From an uncultured Pseudomonadota bacterium (GTDB lineage: Bacteria; Myxococcota_A; Polyangia; Fen-1088), in NCBI GenBank assembly GCA_963847705.1, contig CAWKBC010000032.1, positions 480,009 to 544,008 of the forward strand: 64,000 bases of DNA. Reading direction: 5' to 3'. Positions within the stretch are counted from its first letter, which is position 1. Each line of letters starts with the position of its first letter. The notes under the pieces were generated by a model. The model was not told where the DNA came from and did no database searches. It saw only the letters and a list, made by a program, of their open reading frames with translations. Shown piece after piece: positions 27,869-37,256 of the stretch. A program made the position numbers and the translations under genes.

Positions 27869-29296
27869 GTGGGCGACGACGACAAGCAAGCGACCGAGAA
27901 CAAAAGCGCCCGCGAAGAGGTCACCAAGCTCGGCAAGTTCATCCAGACCTACAGCGCCTTTCTCTCCAGCTTCGTGATCGGGGTGGCGGGGCTGGTGGCG
28001 ACGTCCATCTGGCAGTACCGGCAGTCGCAGATCGCCTCCGCGCAGGCGCAATCGGAGCAGGCGATCGCCGCCACCAAGGCGGAGAACGACTGGCGCATCG
28101 CCCGGGCCGACATCCTGTCGAAGAACCTCACCGTGCTCTCGGGGCAAGGGCCGGGCAGCGCCGACCAGAAGTTCGGCGTGCTGCTCTCCCTCTCTCGCGG
28201 TCAGATCATCGATCCCGAGCTGGCCGTCTCGTACGCCATGGAGCTCGGCAAGCAGAACGCGACCTACATGCGGACCGTGCTGGAGGCGACCGGCAAGAAG
28301 AACTACGACCAGCTGGCCCAGGGATTCAAGCTGACCTGCCTTCAGCGATACGGCGTCCAGAAGGCGACCGATCTGTGCAAGGACGATACGCTGGTGCAGC
28401 GCTCGGACGCCATCGCCGAGGTGATCGTGGACGAGATGGACGCCACCAGCGTGGTGCACGCCGCCGCCGACAGCGGCCCGCTCTCCCTGCTTCGCGAGGA
28501 GCGGGTGGTGCAATCGCAGCCCGCCAAGTACGCCTGGTTGTTCACGCCGTATCTGCAGGATCTCTACGACCGCCGCCAGTGGCAGGACATTCAGCGCTTC
28601 GAGACCTTCTCCACCGGCGCTCACCTGGTGTCGTCGCTGGTGCTGGCGGCCGCGCGCACCGGTGAGCTGGTCAGCGCCGCCGAGGCGCCGCAGATCAACG
28701 GCTTTCACAGCGAGCACCGAAAATGGCTGGTCTCCTACCTGCTGGGCGCGACCTGCGGCGGTGACTGCCGCGGCAAGCTGGTCAACGCGATGCTGACCAC
28801 CTACCTCGAGGCGGGGGGTGATTACGACGAGCCGTTCGGCCGCTTGCTCCTGCAGCCGCGGGCCCAGGCCGCGGCGACCTTCGCCCACCTGCACATGCGC
28901 CTGCTCTGGTGCCAGGTCGGCGCGGAGGCCGAAGCGGAGTTTCGCGACAAGGTCCTCCTGCCGGTGTTGACCGCCGCGCTGGCAGACCCGAAGACGGAGG
29001 CGGCCGTGTTGGAGGACCTGGTCGGCCTCATCGCGCTCGTGCCCGAGCCCCCGGCCAGCGACGCCAGCACGACGACCGCCTGGAAGAAATTGTTCGACCA
29101 GCTCGATCACAGCAAGGAGCATCTGTCGCGCACCTACAACACGCGCCGGGCGGCCTCGGCACGCGAGCGCAGCAATCCGCCGCCCGCGATGCGGAAGGTG
29201 ACCTTCTGCGGTCCCGACGGAACGCCGCCGCTGGCCGCCGAGGCGACCGCGGCGGCGGCGGCGAGCGCACCGGCGGCGAGCGCCGCCGGCCAGTGA
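27869..29296 (+). CDS. Hypothetical protein, one N-terminal TM helix plus helical exported domain
   Basis: Long GC3-biased ORF; TM FLSSFVIGVAGLVATSIW; GTG 6 nt after TATAGT. Confidence 0.75.
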   Translation: MGDDDKQATENKSAREEVTKLGKFIQTYSAFLSSFVIGVAGLVATSIWQYRQSQIASAQAQSEQAIAATKAENDWRIARADILSKNLTVLSGQGPGSADQKFGVLLSLSRGQIIDPELAVSYAMELGKQNATYMRTVLEATGKKNYDQLAQGFKLTCLQRYGVQKATDLCKDDTLVQRSDAIAEVIVDEMDATSVVHAAADSGPLSLLREERVVQSQPAKYAWLFTPYLQDLYDRRQWQDIQRFETFSTGAHLVSSLVLAAARTGELVSAAEAPQINGFHSEHRKWLVSYLLGATCGGDCRGKLVNAMLTTYLEAGGDYDEPFGRLLLQPRAQAAATFAHLHMRLLWCQVGAEAEAEFRDKVLLPVLTAALADPKTEAAVLEDLVGLIALVPEPPASDASTTTAWKKLFDQLDHSKEHLSRTYNTRRAASARERSNPPPAMRKVTFCGPDGTPPLAAEATAAAAASAPAASAAGQ

Positions 29297-29301
29297 AGCG
29301 C

Positions 29302-29323
29302 CACCCCGGGCGAGCTCGGGGTG
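29302..29323. terminator. Hairpin between convergent genes, possible bidirectional terminator
   Basis: CACCCCGGG-CGAG-CTCGGGGTG; no U tract. Confidence 0.4.
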
Positions 29324-29338
29324 ACCGCCGCCGCGAGC

Positions 29339-29615
29339 TCAGCCGACCTTGTGCGCGCCCGCCGCTTGACCGACCGAGGCGGCGGCGTCGGCCAGGGCTT
29401 CCGGAGCGCGGTGGAGTCGCTCGCGGATGTCCTCCCGAAGCCCCCGGCCGGCCTTGGGCGCCAGCATGAACCCGATCCCCACGCCGATGAGCACCCCGAC
29501 GCCCAGCGTGCCCAGCGTTCCTGCCAGTGACGAGGCCGGAGAGCCCTTGGTCTCCAGGCCCAGCAGACCAAGTAGGTCGTCCTTATCCAGATTCGAGAGA
29601 ATCCTTGAGATTCAT
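29339..29615 (-). CDS. YtxH-like small membrane protein with a +1 frameshift at codon 5-6 (absent from the ORF track)
   Basis: GGAGGAG RBS; removing one T from GATTC (29603-29599) gives MNLKDLSNLDKDDLLGLLGLETK...GVLIGVGIGFMLAPKAGRGLREDI, matching the YtxH LxAPxxGxxxR motif. Confidence 0.8.
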
Positions 29616-29746
29616 CGAGCTCCTCCCTGCAGATGTGGTTGTTGACGTGTCCTCGAGGCGAGATGCGATTGCGAGCCGGCGATGGCGTTCACGGTCGAGA
29701 TGGCCACCAGCACCAGCACCGCGGCGATGCTGACGAGCCGGATCAC
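29612..29746 (-). CDS. 44-aa hydrophobic-leader micropeptide
   Basis: MIRLVSIAAVLVLVAISTVNAIAGSQSHLASRTRQQPHLQGGAR; GTGA overlap upstream and ATGA overlap downstream. Confidence 0.5.
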   Translation of the reverse strand: MIRLVSIAAVLVLVAISTVNAIAGSQSHLASRTRQQPHLQGGAR

Positions 29747-31458
29747 GGCGCCGCCTTTATGAAGACCTTCACCTCGCTGGGGCCGAGCTGGTCTTTCAAC
29801 ACGCCGCCCTCGACGCTGCAGTCGTAGTTCGAGGTGTACTCGTGCCACTGGCCGTCCTCGAGGCCGCAGCCGCCGATGACGAGCTCGCCGGTCGGATCGT
29901 GCTTCAAGTTGACGGCGACGACGATGACGCCCCCGGCGCCGTTCCAGCGCTTGAAGGCGAAGACCTGGCGGCCGGGGTCCTTGAAGCAAACCTCGAAGTG
30001 GTCGCCGTGCAGGGCGGGGTTGTCGTGGCGCAGCTTCAGAAGCCCTTTGACGTGGTCGCGGAGCCCGGCGTTCTGGGCGTTCTTCAGCAACGACCAATCG
30101 AGGGGCCTTGGATCCAGGCTCTTCTCGGAGGCGGCGCCGAACTCCTGCCCCATCCAGATCATCGGGACCCCCGGGATGGTCGCCAGGATCCCCAGCCCCA
30201 GCTTCACGCGGGCGAAGGCCAGGTCGCCGAACATGTGCCCCTTGTCGCCGAGCTGCTGCATCAGCCGGTCATGGTCGTGGCTGACGATGTAGTTCACGCA
30301 GTGGGCGCCCGTGCGATAGCCGTTCTTCGCGGGGTCGAGCGCGTTGATGAAGCCCTCGAAGTCGTCCGGTGACTCGCCGTCGTTCGACTGGCCGGTGAGG
30401 ACCGCGCGAAAGTGAGCGCCCAGCGAAAAGCGCCAGGCGGCGACCATCGGTCCGTCCGGGAAGCCGGTGATGGCCGGGTCCTCGGGGACGTGCTCGGCCA
30501 CGGTGAAGAAGGGTTTGCGTCCGCCCACCTGATCGAAGCCGGCGGCCGTCAGCTCGTGAAGCGCGTCGAAGTTGGCGATGGCCCGCGTGGCGTCGAAGCG
30601 GATCCCGTCGATGTGGAACTTCTCCACCCAGAAGCGGATCGACTCGATCACGTACTTGCGCGCCGGGAAGACCTTCAGGTTCCCGTCGTAGTGGCCGTAG
30701 TTGAACTTCGGTCCCCACTGCATCTCGGGCGGGTCGGGGTTCTTCTCGTAGTACCAGTAGGCGTAGTCGATCTTGGCCAGCGGTGACTCCGCGTCGGCAT
30801 GGTTGTAAACGCCGTCGATGACGACCCGGATCCCGCGCGCATGGCACTCGTCGACCAGCCGGCAGAGCTCGTCGGCGCTGCCGTAGGTGCTGGCGACGCC
30901 GAACAAGCTGCGAAGGTTGTAGCCCCAGCCGGCGCCGTGAAAGAACTTCACCGGCATCAGCTCGAGGCAGTTGATCCCCAGATCCCTCAGCTCGTCGAGC
31001 TTGCCCACCACGTCCTCGAAGGTCCCGCGCCGATCCTTGGTCCCCGCGAAGTCCCCCACCAGCAGCTCGTAAATGATGAGGTCCTCATTCGGCGGCAGCG
31101 GAACGTCGTCATGTCTCCATTCATACGAGGTCCAGATCCGCTTGCCGCCAGAGATGCGCGCGACGGTATTTTCGTGGTCGTCCTCGGTGATGTGGAGGGA
31201 GTACGGATCGAAGACGTCCAGCGTCTCGCCCCTGGCGAAGTAGCTGAGTGACTTGACCCGGAACTTGTAGAGGTGGTCGCCGTCGGCCAGCGGCACGGTG
31301 GTCCGCCACCATCCGTCGGCGCCCCTCTCCATGGGCAGCGGCTTCCAGTCCGAGAAGTCGCCGATCAACTCGACCACTTCGTTGTAGGGAGCGAACAAAG
31401 CGAACTCGATCCCCTCAGGCGCTGGCGAGGCCTTCCGGGACTTGTGAGGAAACGGCAC
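29743..31458 (-). CDS. GH13 alpha-amylase-family enzyme with CBM48-like N domain (branching-enzyme-like); true start may be 31544
   Basis: FALFAP..IGDFSDW, IYEL, WGY, DGVYNH, catalytic GIRFDA / VAEH / SHDH. Confidence 0.9.
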   Translation of the reverse strand: MPFPHKSRKASPAPEGIEFALFAPYNEVVELIGDFSDWKPLPMERGADGWWRTTVPLADGDHLYKFRVKSLSYFARGETLDVFDPYSLHITEDDHENTVARISGGKRIWTSYEWRHDDVPLPPNEDLIIYELLVGDFAGTKDRRGTFEDVVGKLDELRDLGINCLELMPVKFFHGAGWGYNLRSLFGVASTYGSADELCRLVDECHARGIRVVIDGVYNHADAESPLAKIDYAYWYYEKNPDPPEMQWGPKFNYGHYDGNLKVFPARKYVIESIRFWVEKFHIDGIRFDATRAIANFDALHELTAAGFDQVGGRKPFFTVAEHVPEDPAITGFPDGPMVAAWRFSLGAHFRAVLTGQSNDGESPDDFEGFINALDPAKNGYRTGAHCVNYIVSHDHDRLMQQLGDKGHMFGDLAFARVKLGLGILATIPGVPMIWMGQEFGAASEKSLDPRPLDWSLLKNAQNAGLRDHVKGLLKLRHDNPALHGDHFEVCFKDPGRQVFAFKRWNGAGGVIVVAVNLKHDPTGELVIGGCGLEDGQWHEYTSNYDCSVEGGVLKDQLGPSEVKVFIKAAP

Positions 31459-31578
31459 TAGCGGCTCACCTTTCCTGAGCTGATGCCGGCGCGGTGGGAA
31501 GACGCGCGGGCCGCGCGGGGGGTGTGGGTCGCTGGGATCGGCATGGTCGGCTCCTCGTGGAAAGGCGAGCCATGCCTA

Positions 31579-31594
31579 AGCCATAAACATGCCA
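31579..31594 (-). promoter_or_regulatory. Candidate sigma54 -24/-12 promoter
   Basis: Minus strand TGGCATG-TTTA-TGGCT, GG-N10-GC spacing, upstream of GAGGAG RBS and ATG 31544. Confidence 0.5.
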
Positions 31595-31743
31595 GCGCTT
31601 TCGGGGTATTCCCCACGATTCAGACCGGAATCAGGTGCTCCCGGTAGCTCGCGCCGTTGGCGGGTCCGGGAAAGGTAACGGCGTCGGGCAGTCTGTTACC
31701 CCCTGGGTTACGGGCGATCCGGGGCCCCGACCTTCGGCTCACC

Positions 31744-32982
31744 TCATTTGCCGGAGCTGAGCGGTGTCTCGGCCGGATCTTTCCCTGCGGCCGCGTCCGC
31801 CTGGCGAATCTCGTTGGCAATCTCGGTCGCCACCGCCGCGGCTTCTGCCGGCGACGCCCCGGCGGTCTCTCGCGCGTAGGTGCGCTCCGCCCGCGCGTCT
31901 CGGGCGCGCAGCCGTGGGTCATCCGTGTCATCACCGGGGAGGTCGACGCGCAGCTCCTCGATCAGCATCCGAAGCGCGGCGGCTATGGGCAGCGCCAGGA
32001 GAGCCCCGATGATCCCTCCCACTTTACCTCCCACCAAGAGCGCGATGACGACCACGGCCGACGACAGCCGCAGAGCTTGACCGTAGACCCGCGGGACGAT
32101 CACCCGACTCTCGAACTCCTGGTAACCGATCATGGCGACCAAGACGATCGTCGTGACCGCCGAGCCGCGCGAGAGCGCCACCAGGACCGCCGGCGTGGTC
32201 GCCAGCAGGCCGCCCACGAAGGGGATCACGTCCGTCAAGGCGGCGAAGGCCGCCAGGGCAAGCGCGTTGGGGACCCGCGTGATCGCCAGCAGCGCGAAGG
32301 TGAAGATGCCGATCGCCACCGAGGTGACGATCTGGCCGCGAAGATAGCCGCCCACGATCGTCTCGAGGTTCAAGAGGACCCTGGCCAGGCGCAGGTGGAA
32401 CCGGCGCGGAAACAGCGCGTAGAGCGCTCCGCGGGTCCGTTCGCCGTCGGCGATGAAGTAGATCGCCAGCACCACGGAGGTGGCGACGTACCCCAGCACC
32501 TCGACCACCCCCAAGGAGGTCGTGAGAGCGGTCGTCATGTTGAGGCCCCGCAGACGATCCTCGGGCTTGAAGTTGCGAATCGCGTTGGACAGCGGCTTGG
32601 TCAGTTGATGGCCCTCGAGCGTTCGGGCCAGGCTCTTCTGAATTTCGGGCAGGTGTTCAATCGTCTGGCTGACCTGGGCGACCAGCGCCGGGATGGTGAT
32701 GAGGGCAGCCCCCAGGAGGACGATCCCGCACACGGTGAAGACGATGGCGATCGACAGGTGCCGGTTCAGCCGGTGCCGCTGCAGCCAGCTCACCGCCGGG
32801 TTGAGCGTGCCCACCAGGATCAGGGCGATCAAGATGACCAACAGGATCGGCAGCAGGAGATTGAGCAGCCAGATTGCCCCCACCGTCAGCGCGACGGCGA
32901 GAATGGTCCGATAAGAGATCTCGACGCGGTGAACGACCGTCGGGCGTTCCGCCCTTTCGTGACTCGATTCGTTTTCAGGCAT
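31744..32982 (-). CDS. AI-2E family transporter
   Basis: LNPAVSWLQR, GGYLRGQ, IPFVG, YQEFESRVIVPRVYG, GIIGALLALP. Confidence 0.92.
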   Translation of the reverse strand: MPENESSHERAERPTVVHRVEISYRTILAVALTVGAIWLLNLLLPILLVILIALILVGTLNPAVSWLQRHRLNRHLSIAIVFTVCGIVLLGAALITIPALVAQVSQTIEHLPEIQKSLARTLEGHQLTKPLSNAIRNFKPEDRLRGLNMTTALTTSLGVVEVLGYVATSVVLAIYFIADGERTRGALYALFPRRFHLRLARVLLNLETIVGGYLRGQIVTSVAIGIFTFALLAITRVPNALALAAFAALTDVIPFVGGLLATTPAVLVALSRGSAVTTIVLVAMIGYQEFESRVIVPRVYGQALRLSSAVVVIALLVGGKVGGIIGALLALPIAAALRMLIEELRVDLPGDDTDDPRLRARDARAERTYARETAGASPAEAAAVATEIANEIRQADAAAGKDPAETPLSSGK

Positions 32983-33059
32983 CGCCCGGTGTACCTCAAC
33001 CATAGTGGCACGGGTGCGATTCACAACCCCGCCACCCGGCGATGGGGCGCGAAGGCGGG

Positions 33060-34205
33060 CTAGGGGCTGGCCGAAGGCGCCTCGGCTTCGGCTGGCGTCT
33101 GGATCGCTCCGGCGCCCTTTCGCGAGGCCATGCCAGCCTGTTCGACCACGTCATGGACGAAGCGGACCTTCTTCACGGCTGCCTCGGGTGGAACGAAAGG
33201 ATACAGATCGGGCAGTCCCATGCTGCGGTTCAGGCTGTTGAGCGCGACGGTGAGCGGCACCCAGGCTCGCTCCAGGTCGTCGAAGTCGTCGAAGTCGAGG
33301 CGGCGGGTGACGATCGCCAGCTTTTCATCTGGCCGGGCGCGTCCGCCGCTGGCGACGGGCCGGGTGGCCAGGCCAAAGCTGCGCGCCGTCTCGAGCGTGT
33401 CGACCATGTGAAGGTAGTGGGCCCAGCTCTCGGCCCAATCCTCCCACGGGTGCATCGACGCGTAGGAGCTGACGAACCGGGTCGACCAGTCCGCGGGCGC
33501 GCCGTCCCGATAATGTCTGGCGACCGCTTCGTCGTACGAAGGCCGCTCGTCGCCGAACAGTTCCCGAAAACCGTCGAGGAACCGCGAATTGGCGATCAGC
33601 CGGTCCCAGTAGTAATGGCCGATCTCGTGCCGGAAGTGGCCCAGCAACGTCCGATAGCTCTCGCCCAGCCCGACGCGGGTCTTTTCGCGGAACGGCGAGT
33701 CCGCCTCCGCGATGTTGATGGTGATCCGGCCGAGATCGTGGCCGATCATCACCTTCTCCTCACCGGGCTGATCCTGCTTGAACACGAAGCTGAGGCCGGT
33801 CGGCCGCTCCGCCCGCGACTCCACCGGCAGGCCCAGCTCGAGAAGCGTGTAAAACATGCGGCGCTTGCTCTGTTCGAGCTTGATCCAGGCCTCCTTGGCC
33901 CTGGGATCGGAGAGGTTCGGGATGATCTCGTTCAAGCGACACGCGCGGCAAAATCGGTTGCTGTCGCTCTCCGGGATGGCCCAGTTGCAAGCGGCGTGGT
34001 CGATCTGGTTGCCGCACAGGCGATAGCGTTCGCCCTTGGCGATGGGCGCCAGCGCCTCCCAGAGGCCCGCGTTGTCACGCACCGGCTCGAGAGCGGTGAG
34101 CATCGCGTGGTCGGCCAGATAGGCCAGCGCGTGTCCGCAGCGCGTGCACTGGGAGTTTTCGAAATGGACGATCTGCTGGCACGAGGAACAGGCGAAGAGC
34201 TTCAT
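33060..34205 (-). CDS. Putative zinc-binding metallopeptidase with N-terminal zinc ribbon (DUF2248-type)
   Basis: FACSSC..FENSQCTRC, YRTLLGHFRHEIGHYYW (HExxH), HPWEDWAE. Confidence 0.9.
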   Translation of the reverse strand: MKLFACSSCQQIVHFENSQCTRCGHALAYLADHAMLTALEPVRDNAGLWEALAPIAKGERYRLCGNQIDHAACNWAIPESDSNRFCRACRLNEIIPNLSDPRAKEAWIKLEQSKRRMFYTLLELGLPVESRAERPTGLSFVFKQDQPGEEKVMIGHDLGRITINIAEADSPFREKTRVGLGESYRTLLGHFRHEIGHYYWDRLIANSRFLDGFRELFGDERPSYDEAVARHYRDGAPADWSTRFVSSYASMHPWEDWAESWAHYLHMVDTLETARSFGLATRPVASGGRARPDEKLAIVTRRLDFDDFDDLERAWVPLTVALNSLNRSMGLPDLYPFVPPEAAVKKVRFVHDVVEQAGMASRKGAGAIQTPAEAEAPSASP

Positions 34206-34325
34206 GGTAATTGTTCTAATGGGGCCGCAAAGGTCAACCACAAGAGGCGCCGATCCTGGCAGCGCGGGAAGACGATGTCTTCGGGCGCTCGGGTGAGGGC
34301 GCCGAGGTGAACCTCGACGGCCAGG

Positions 34326-35114
34326 TCAGGTCGTCTTGATGAGACCGCCGTCGATGACGTAGTTGGAGCCGGTGACGTTCTTGGTCCGCTCCGAGGCCAG
34401 CAACACCACCAGCGTGGCGACGTCTTCGGGCGTCGAGAAGCGTCCGGTCGCAAAGCCGCCCATCCCCGCCACGATCTTCTCGCGCGCCTGCTCAGCGTTG
34501 GTGCCGGTGGCCTGGGCGACCGTGTCGGCGACGCCCCCTTTGCCCAGCCAGAGATCGGTGCTGACCGGCCCGGGGGAGACGGCGTTCACCCGAACGCCGC
34601 GCGGGCCGAACTCCATGGCAATCGACTTGGTGAAGTTCACCAGGGCGGCCTTGGCGGCGCCGTAGTCGAGGACGCCGGCGTCGGGCTCGAAGAACGCGTT
34701 CACCGAGGCGACGTTGACGATCGCCCCGCCACCCGCCTTCAGCATCGGCCCCAGGGCGGCGCGCGTCGCCCGGACAGCGGCGAAGAAGTTCATCTGCATC
34801 GACCAAGCGAATTCCTCGTCGCTGGTCCCGAGGAAGCCTCCCAGGCGCAGACGGACGGCGCCGACGTTGTTCACCAGCATGTCGAGCCGGCCGTGCGCCT
34901 CCAGCGCGGCCGCCACCAGCTTGGCCGGCCCGTCCGGGGCTGCCAGGTCGAGCTGGCGCGCGGTGACGCCGGGCAGACCCGCCAGGCCGTCGACCGTCCG
35001 CGCGCCCGCCACCACCTTGGCGCCCTCCTCGACGAACATCTTGGTGATCGCCAGGCCGATCCCCTTGCTGGCCCCAGTCACCACCACGACCTTGCCCTGC
35101 AGTCCCAGGTTCAT
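34326..35114 (-). CDS. SDR family oxidoreductase
   Basis: TGASKGIG, NNVG, YGAAK, RVNAVSPG, IDGG; ATGA overlap. Confidence 0.93.
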   Translation of the reverse strand: MNLGLQGKVVVVTGASKGIGLAITKMFVEEGAKVVAGARTVDGLAGLPGVTARQLDLAAPDGPAKLVAAALEAHGRLDMLVNNVGAVRLRLGGFLGTSDEEFAWSMQMNFFAAVRATRAALGPMLKAGGGAIVNVASVNAFFEPDAGVLDYGAAKAALVNFTKSIAMEFGPRGVRVNAVSPGPVSTDLWLGKGGVADTVAQATGTNAEQAREKIVAGMGGFATGRFSTPEDVATLVVLLASERTKNVTGSNYVIDGGLIKTT

Positions 35115-35509
35115 GAGCCCTCCTTCGTTGCCGCCGCCGCCAACGCTTCGACCACGGCCAGCGTCGGAAGAGACTCCAGCGACAGGCCGTACCGCTCGCG
35201 AAGATGAGCGGCGCTGTTGGCGCTGACCCACACCTGCCCCTCGGCGTCCTCCCAGACCAGGAGCTTGAGCGGGAGGTCGATGGCGATCCGCGGCGCCGCC
35301 AGCATGAGCGGCGTCCCCGCCTCGGGCTTGCCGAAGATCAGCAGCTTGGTGGGGGGCATCTTCAGGCCCACCTTGGCGGCCTCTCCGCTGTGGTCGATCA
35401 AGGCGAAGAGCGTGATCCCCTTGGCGCGCAGGAGCGCCTCGATCCGCGCGACCGTCTCGTCGACGGACTGTCTGCTCGGCTGGTCGACGATTCCGGTGGC
35501 AGTGGTCAC
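35111..35509 (-). CDS. DUF302 domain protein
   Basis: FALIDHSGEA, LLIFGKP..GTPLM, DLPLKLLVWED. Confidence 0.9.
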   Translation of the reverse strand: MTTATGIVDQPSRQSVDETVARIEALLRAKGITLFALIDHSGEAAKVGLKMPPTKLLIFGKPEAGTPLMLAAPRIAIDLPLKLLVWEDAEGQVWVSANSAAHLRERYGLSLESLPTLAVVEALAAAATKEGS

Positions 35510-35775
35510 GAGGTGATCTTGGACGGCTCGTCGGTCTCCGGCAACTCGAGCGAGCCGGTCACGACCACGTCCCCGACGCGCAGACGGGTCACCGCCAGAT
35601 CCTGGACCTCGAGCGAGACGACCTGCGCCCTCCCGACCTCCACGCGGCCAATCGCCAGCCAGCGAATCGTCAACGCGCCGACCGCAAAGGCGCCGACCGC
35701 GACCGCCCCCATCGCCGTCGCCACCGCCGCCAGGTCATTGAGCTCCAACCGTCTCTGTTTCAAGAGATCTTTCAT
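35506..35775 (-). CDS. Small hypothetical membrane protein
   Basis: GAVAVGAFAVGAL repeats; GTGA overlap with the DUF302 gene. Confidence 0.7.
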   Translation of the reverse strand: MKDLLKQRRLELNDLAAVATAMGAVAVGAFAVGALTIRWLAIGRVEVGRAQVVSLEVQDLAVTRLRVGDVVVTGSLELPETDEPSKITS

Positions 35776-35908
35776 GTCCGCGTCTCGAATTTGGTCATGC
35801 CGCGGCCGGCGAGCCAGGCGAGAGGCACACGCCGGGGCGTCAGGAATTCACGCTTTCTCGTCCGTCTGGATACGGCGCATGACGAGCGTCGAGGAACAGG
35901 CCGAACGG

Positions 35909-37240
35909 TCAGTGCCCGACCCAGTGGGCCATGTGGCAGACCCTCAACACGTGATCGCCCATCCCGCCCGTGTACGTGCAGATATCGATGTTCCAGAAGT
36001 GCCAGGCGCTCATCGACAACCAGATGAGCGCCAGCAGCGGCCGCGGGCGCATGACCGCCGCCATCGCGAAGAACATCGGAAACGCCAGCAGGAGATAGCG
36101 GCTCATACCGGCCAGTGCCATGGGCATCATCCCCACGGTGGCGATGCCGACGACAGCAAAATAGGTCACGTACCAGAACGCCTGCTCCTCGGCCGGGAAT
36201 CGCCGCAATGCCTGGCGGTGCCCCAGGACGAACCAGAGCAGCGCAGCCGCCAGCCAGAGCCCCTCATGCAGCGGGTAGTCTATCGAGCGCTCGACCCAGT
36301 CCGGATCGGGCGGAAGCAGCGCGCCGAGGCCCGCATGCTCGTGGTGGAACAGCAGGCCGTGCGCGTGGATGTAGGTCAGCGGGTCGCCGAACCGGTGGGC
36401 ATGATACGCCATCAAGATCAGCTGGCCCGAGACGGCGACGACGGCGAGAAGAGCCGCACGGAGCCAGGGCCAGATCGCGCGCGGGCGCTCGCGCAGGAGC
36501 TCGACCAACAGTCCGGCCGCGAACGCGAACCCGACGGCGATGCCGGTGACTCGAACGCCGCTCGCTGCGCCGGCCAGAACCGCGCCAAGGAACCTGTGAC
36601 GCCGCGCGAACGCCACGAAGGCGCCCAACGCCAACACCAGCGTGAGCGGCTCCGTCTGGACCATGACCAGGCAGTAGCCGGTCGTGTACGCGTTGAAGAA
36701 CAGCAGTGCCAGGTAGGTCTCCGCCACGCCCAGCCGCGACGTCAGGTCCTTGCCGGTCCAGAGAAACAGAAACAGGAACGACGACACGAGAGAGATCGCC
36801 CACATCGCGAAGTCGATCGGAAGCCCGGTGACCCGGGCGACGTAACGCCCGGCAAGACCGTAGGTCGGATAGAAGGCCAGGTTGCATCCGGGAGCGTGGA
36901 TGGGGAGCGTCGACGCGCGAGGGGGGCAGAACTGGTAACCGCGGAGCCCCAGCTCGAGGTAGTTGCCGGTGTCCCAGCGGCTGACGATCAGTCGATCCCA
37001 GTTGGTCGGGGCCCAGTCAGTTGCCGGATGCCGAAAGTGCGGGGGACTGCCAGGGGCGGCGTTGAAGGGCGCATTGAACCGATCGCCCGAGCGGATCGCC
37101 ACCAGGAGCTGCAGCGAGAGGAGGACGACTGCGACCGCGAGACGGAACGGCACCGTCACGGCCCGAGGGGCAAACCAGCCGACCAGCCGTTGACGCACGA
37201 GCTGAAGAAAGGTCTCGCACTTCAATCCCACCTCCAGCAT
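35909..37240 (-). CDS. GT-C fold mannosyltransferase (PIG-V-like)
   Basis: SRWDTGNYL, NLAFYPTY, QTEPL, GVRVTG, MSRY motifs; multiple TM helices. Confidence 0.82.
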   Translation of the reverse strand: MLEVGLKCETFLQLVRQRLVGWFAPRAVTVPFRLAVAVVLLSLQLLVAIRSGDRFNAPFNAAPGSPPHFRHPATDWAPTNWDRLIVSRWDTGNYLELGLRGYQFCPPRASTLPIHAPGCNLAFYPTYGLAGRYVARVTGLPIDFAMWAISLVSSFLFLFLWTGKDLTSRLGVAETYLALLFFNAYTTGYCLVMVQTEPLTLVLALGAFVAFARRHRFLGAVLAGAASGVRVTGIAVGFAFAAGLLVELLRERPRAIWPWLRAALLAVVAVSGQLILMAYHAHRFGDPLTYIHAHGLLFHHEHAGLGALLPPDPDWVERSIDYPLHEGLWLAAALLWFVLGHRQALRRFPAEEQAFWYVTYFAVVGIATVGMMPMALAGMSRYLLLAFPMFFAMAAVMRPRPLLALIWLSMSAWHFWNIDICTYTGGMGDHVLRVCHMAHWVGH

Positions 37241-37256
37241 CCGCCCCCCGGGAGGA

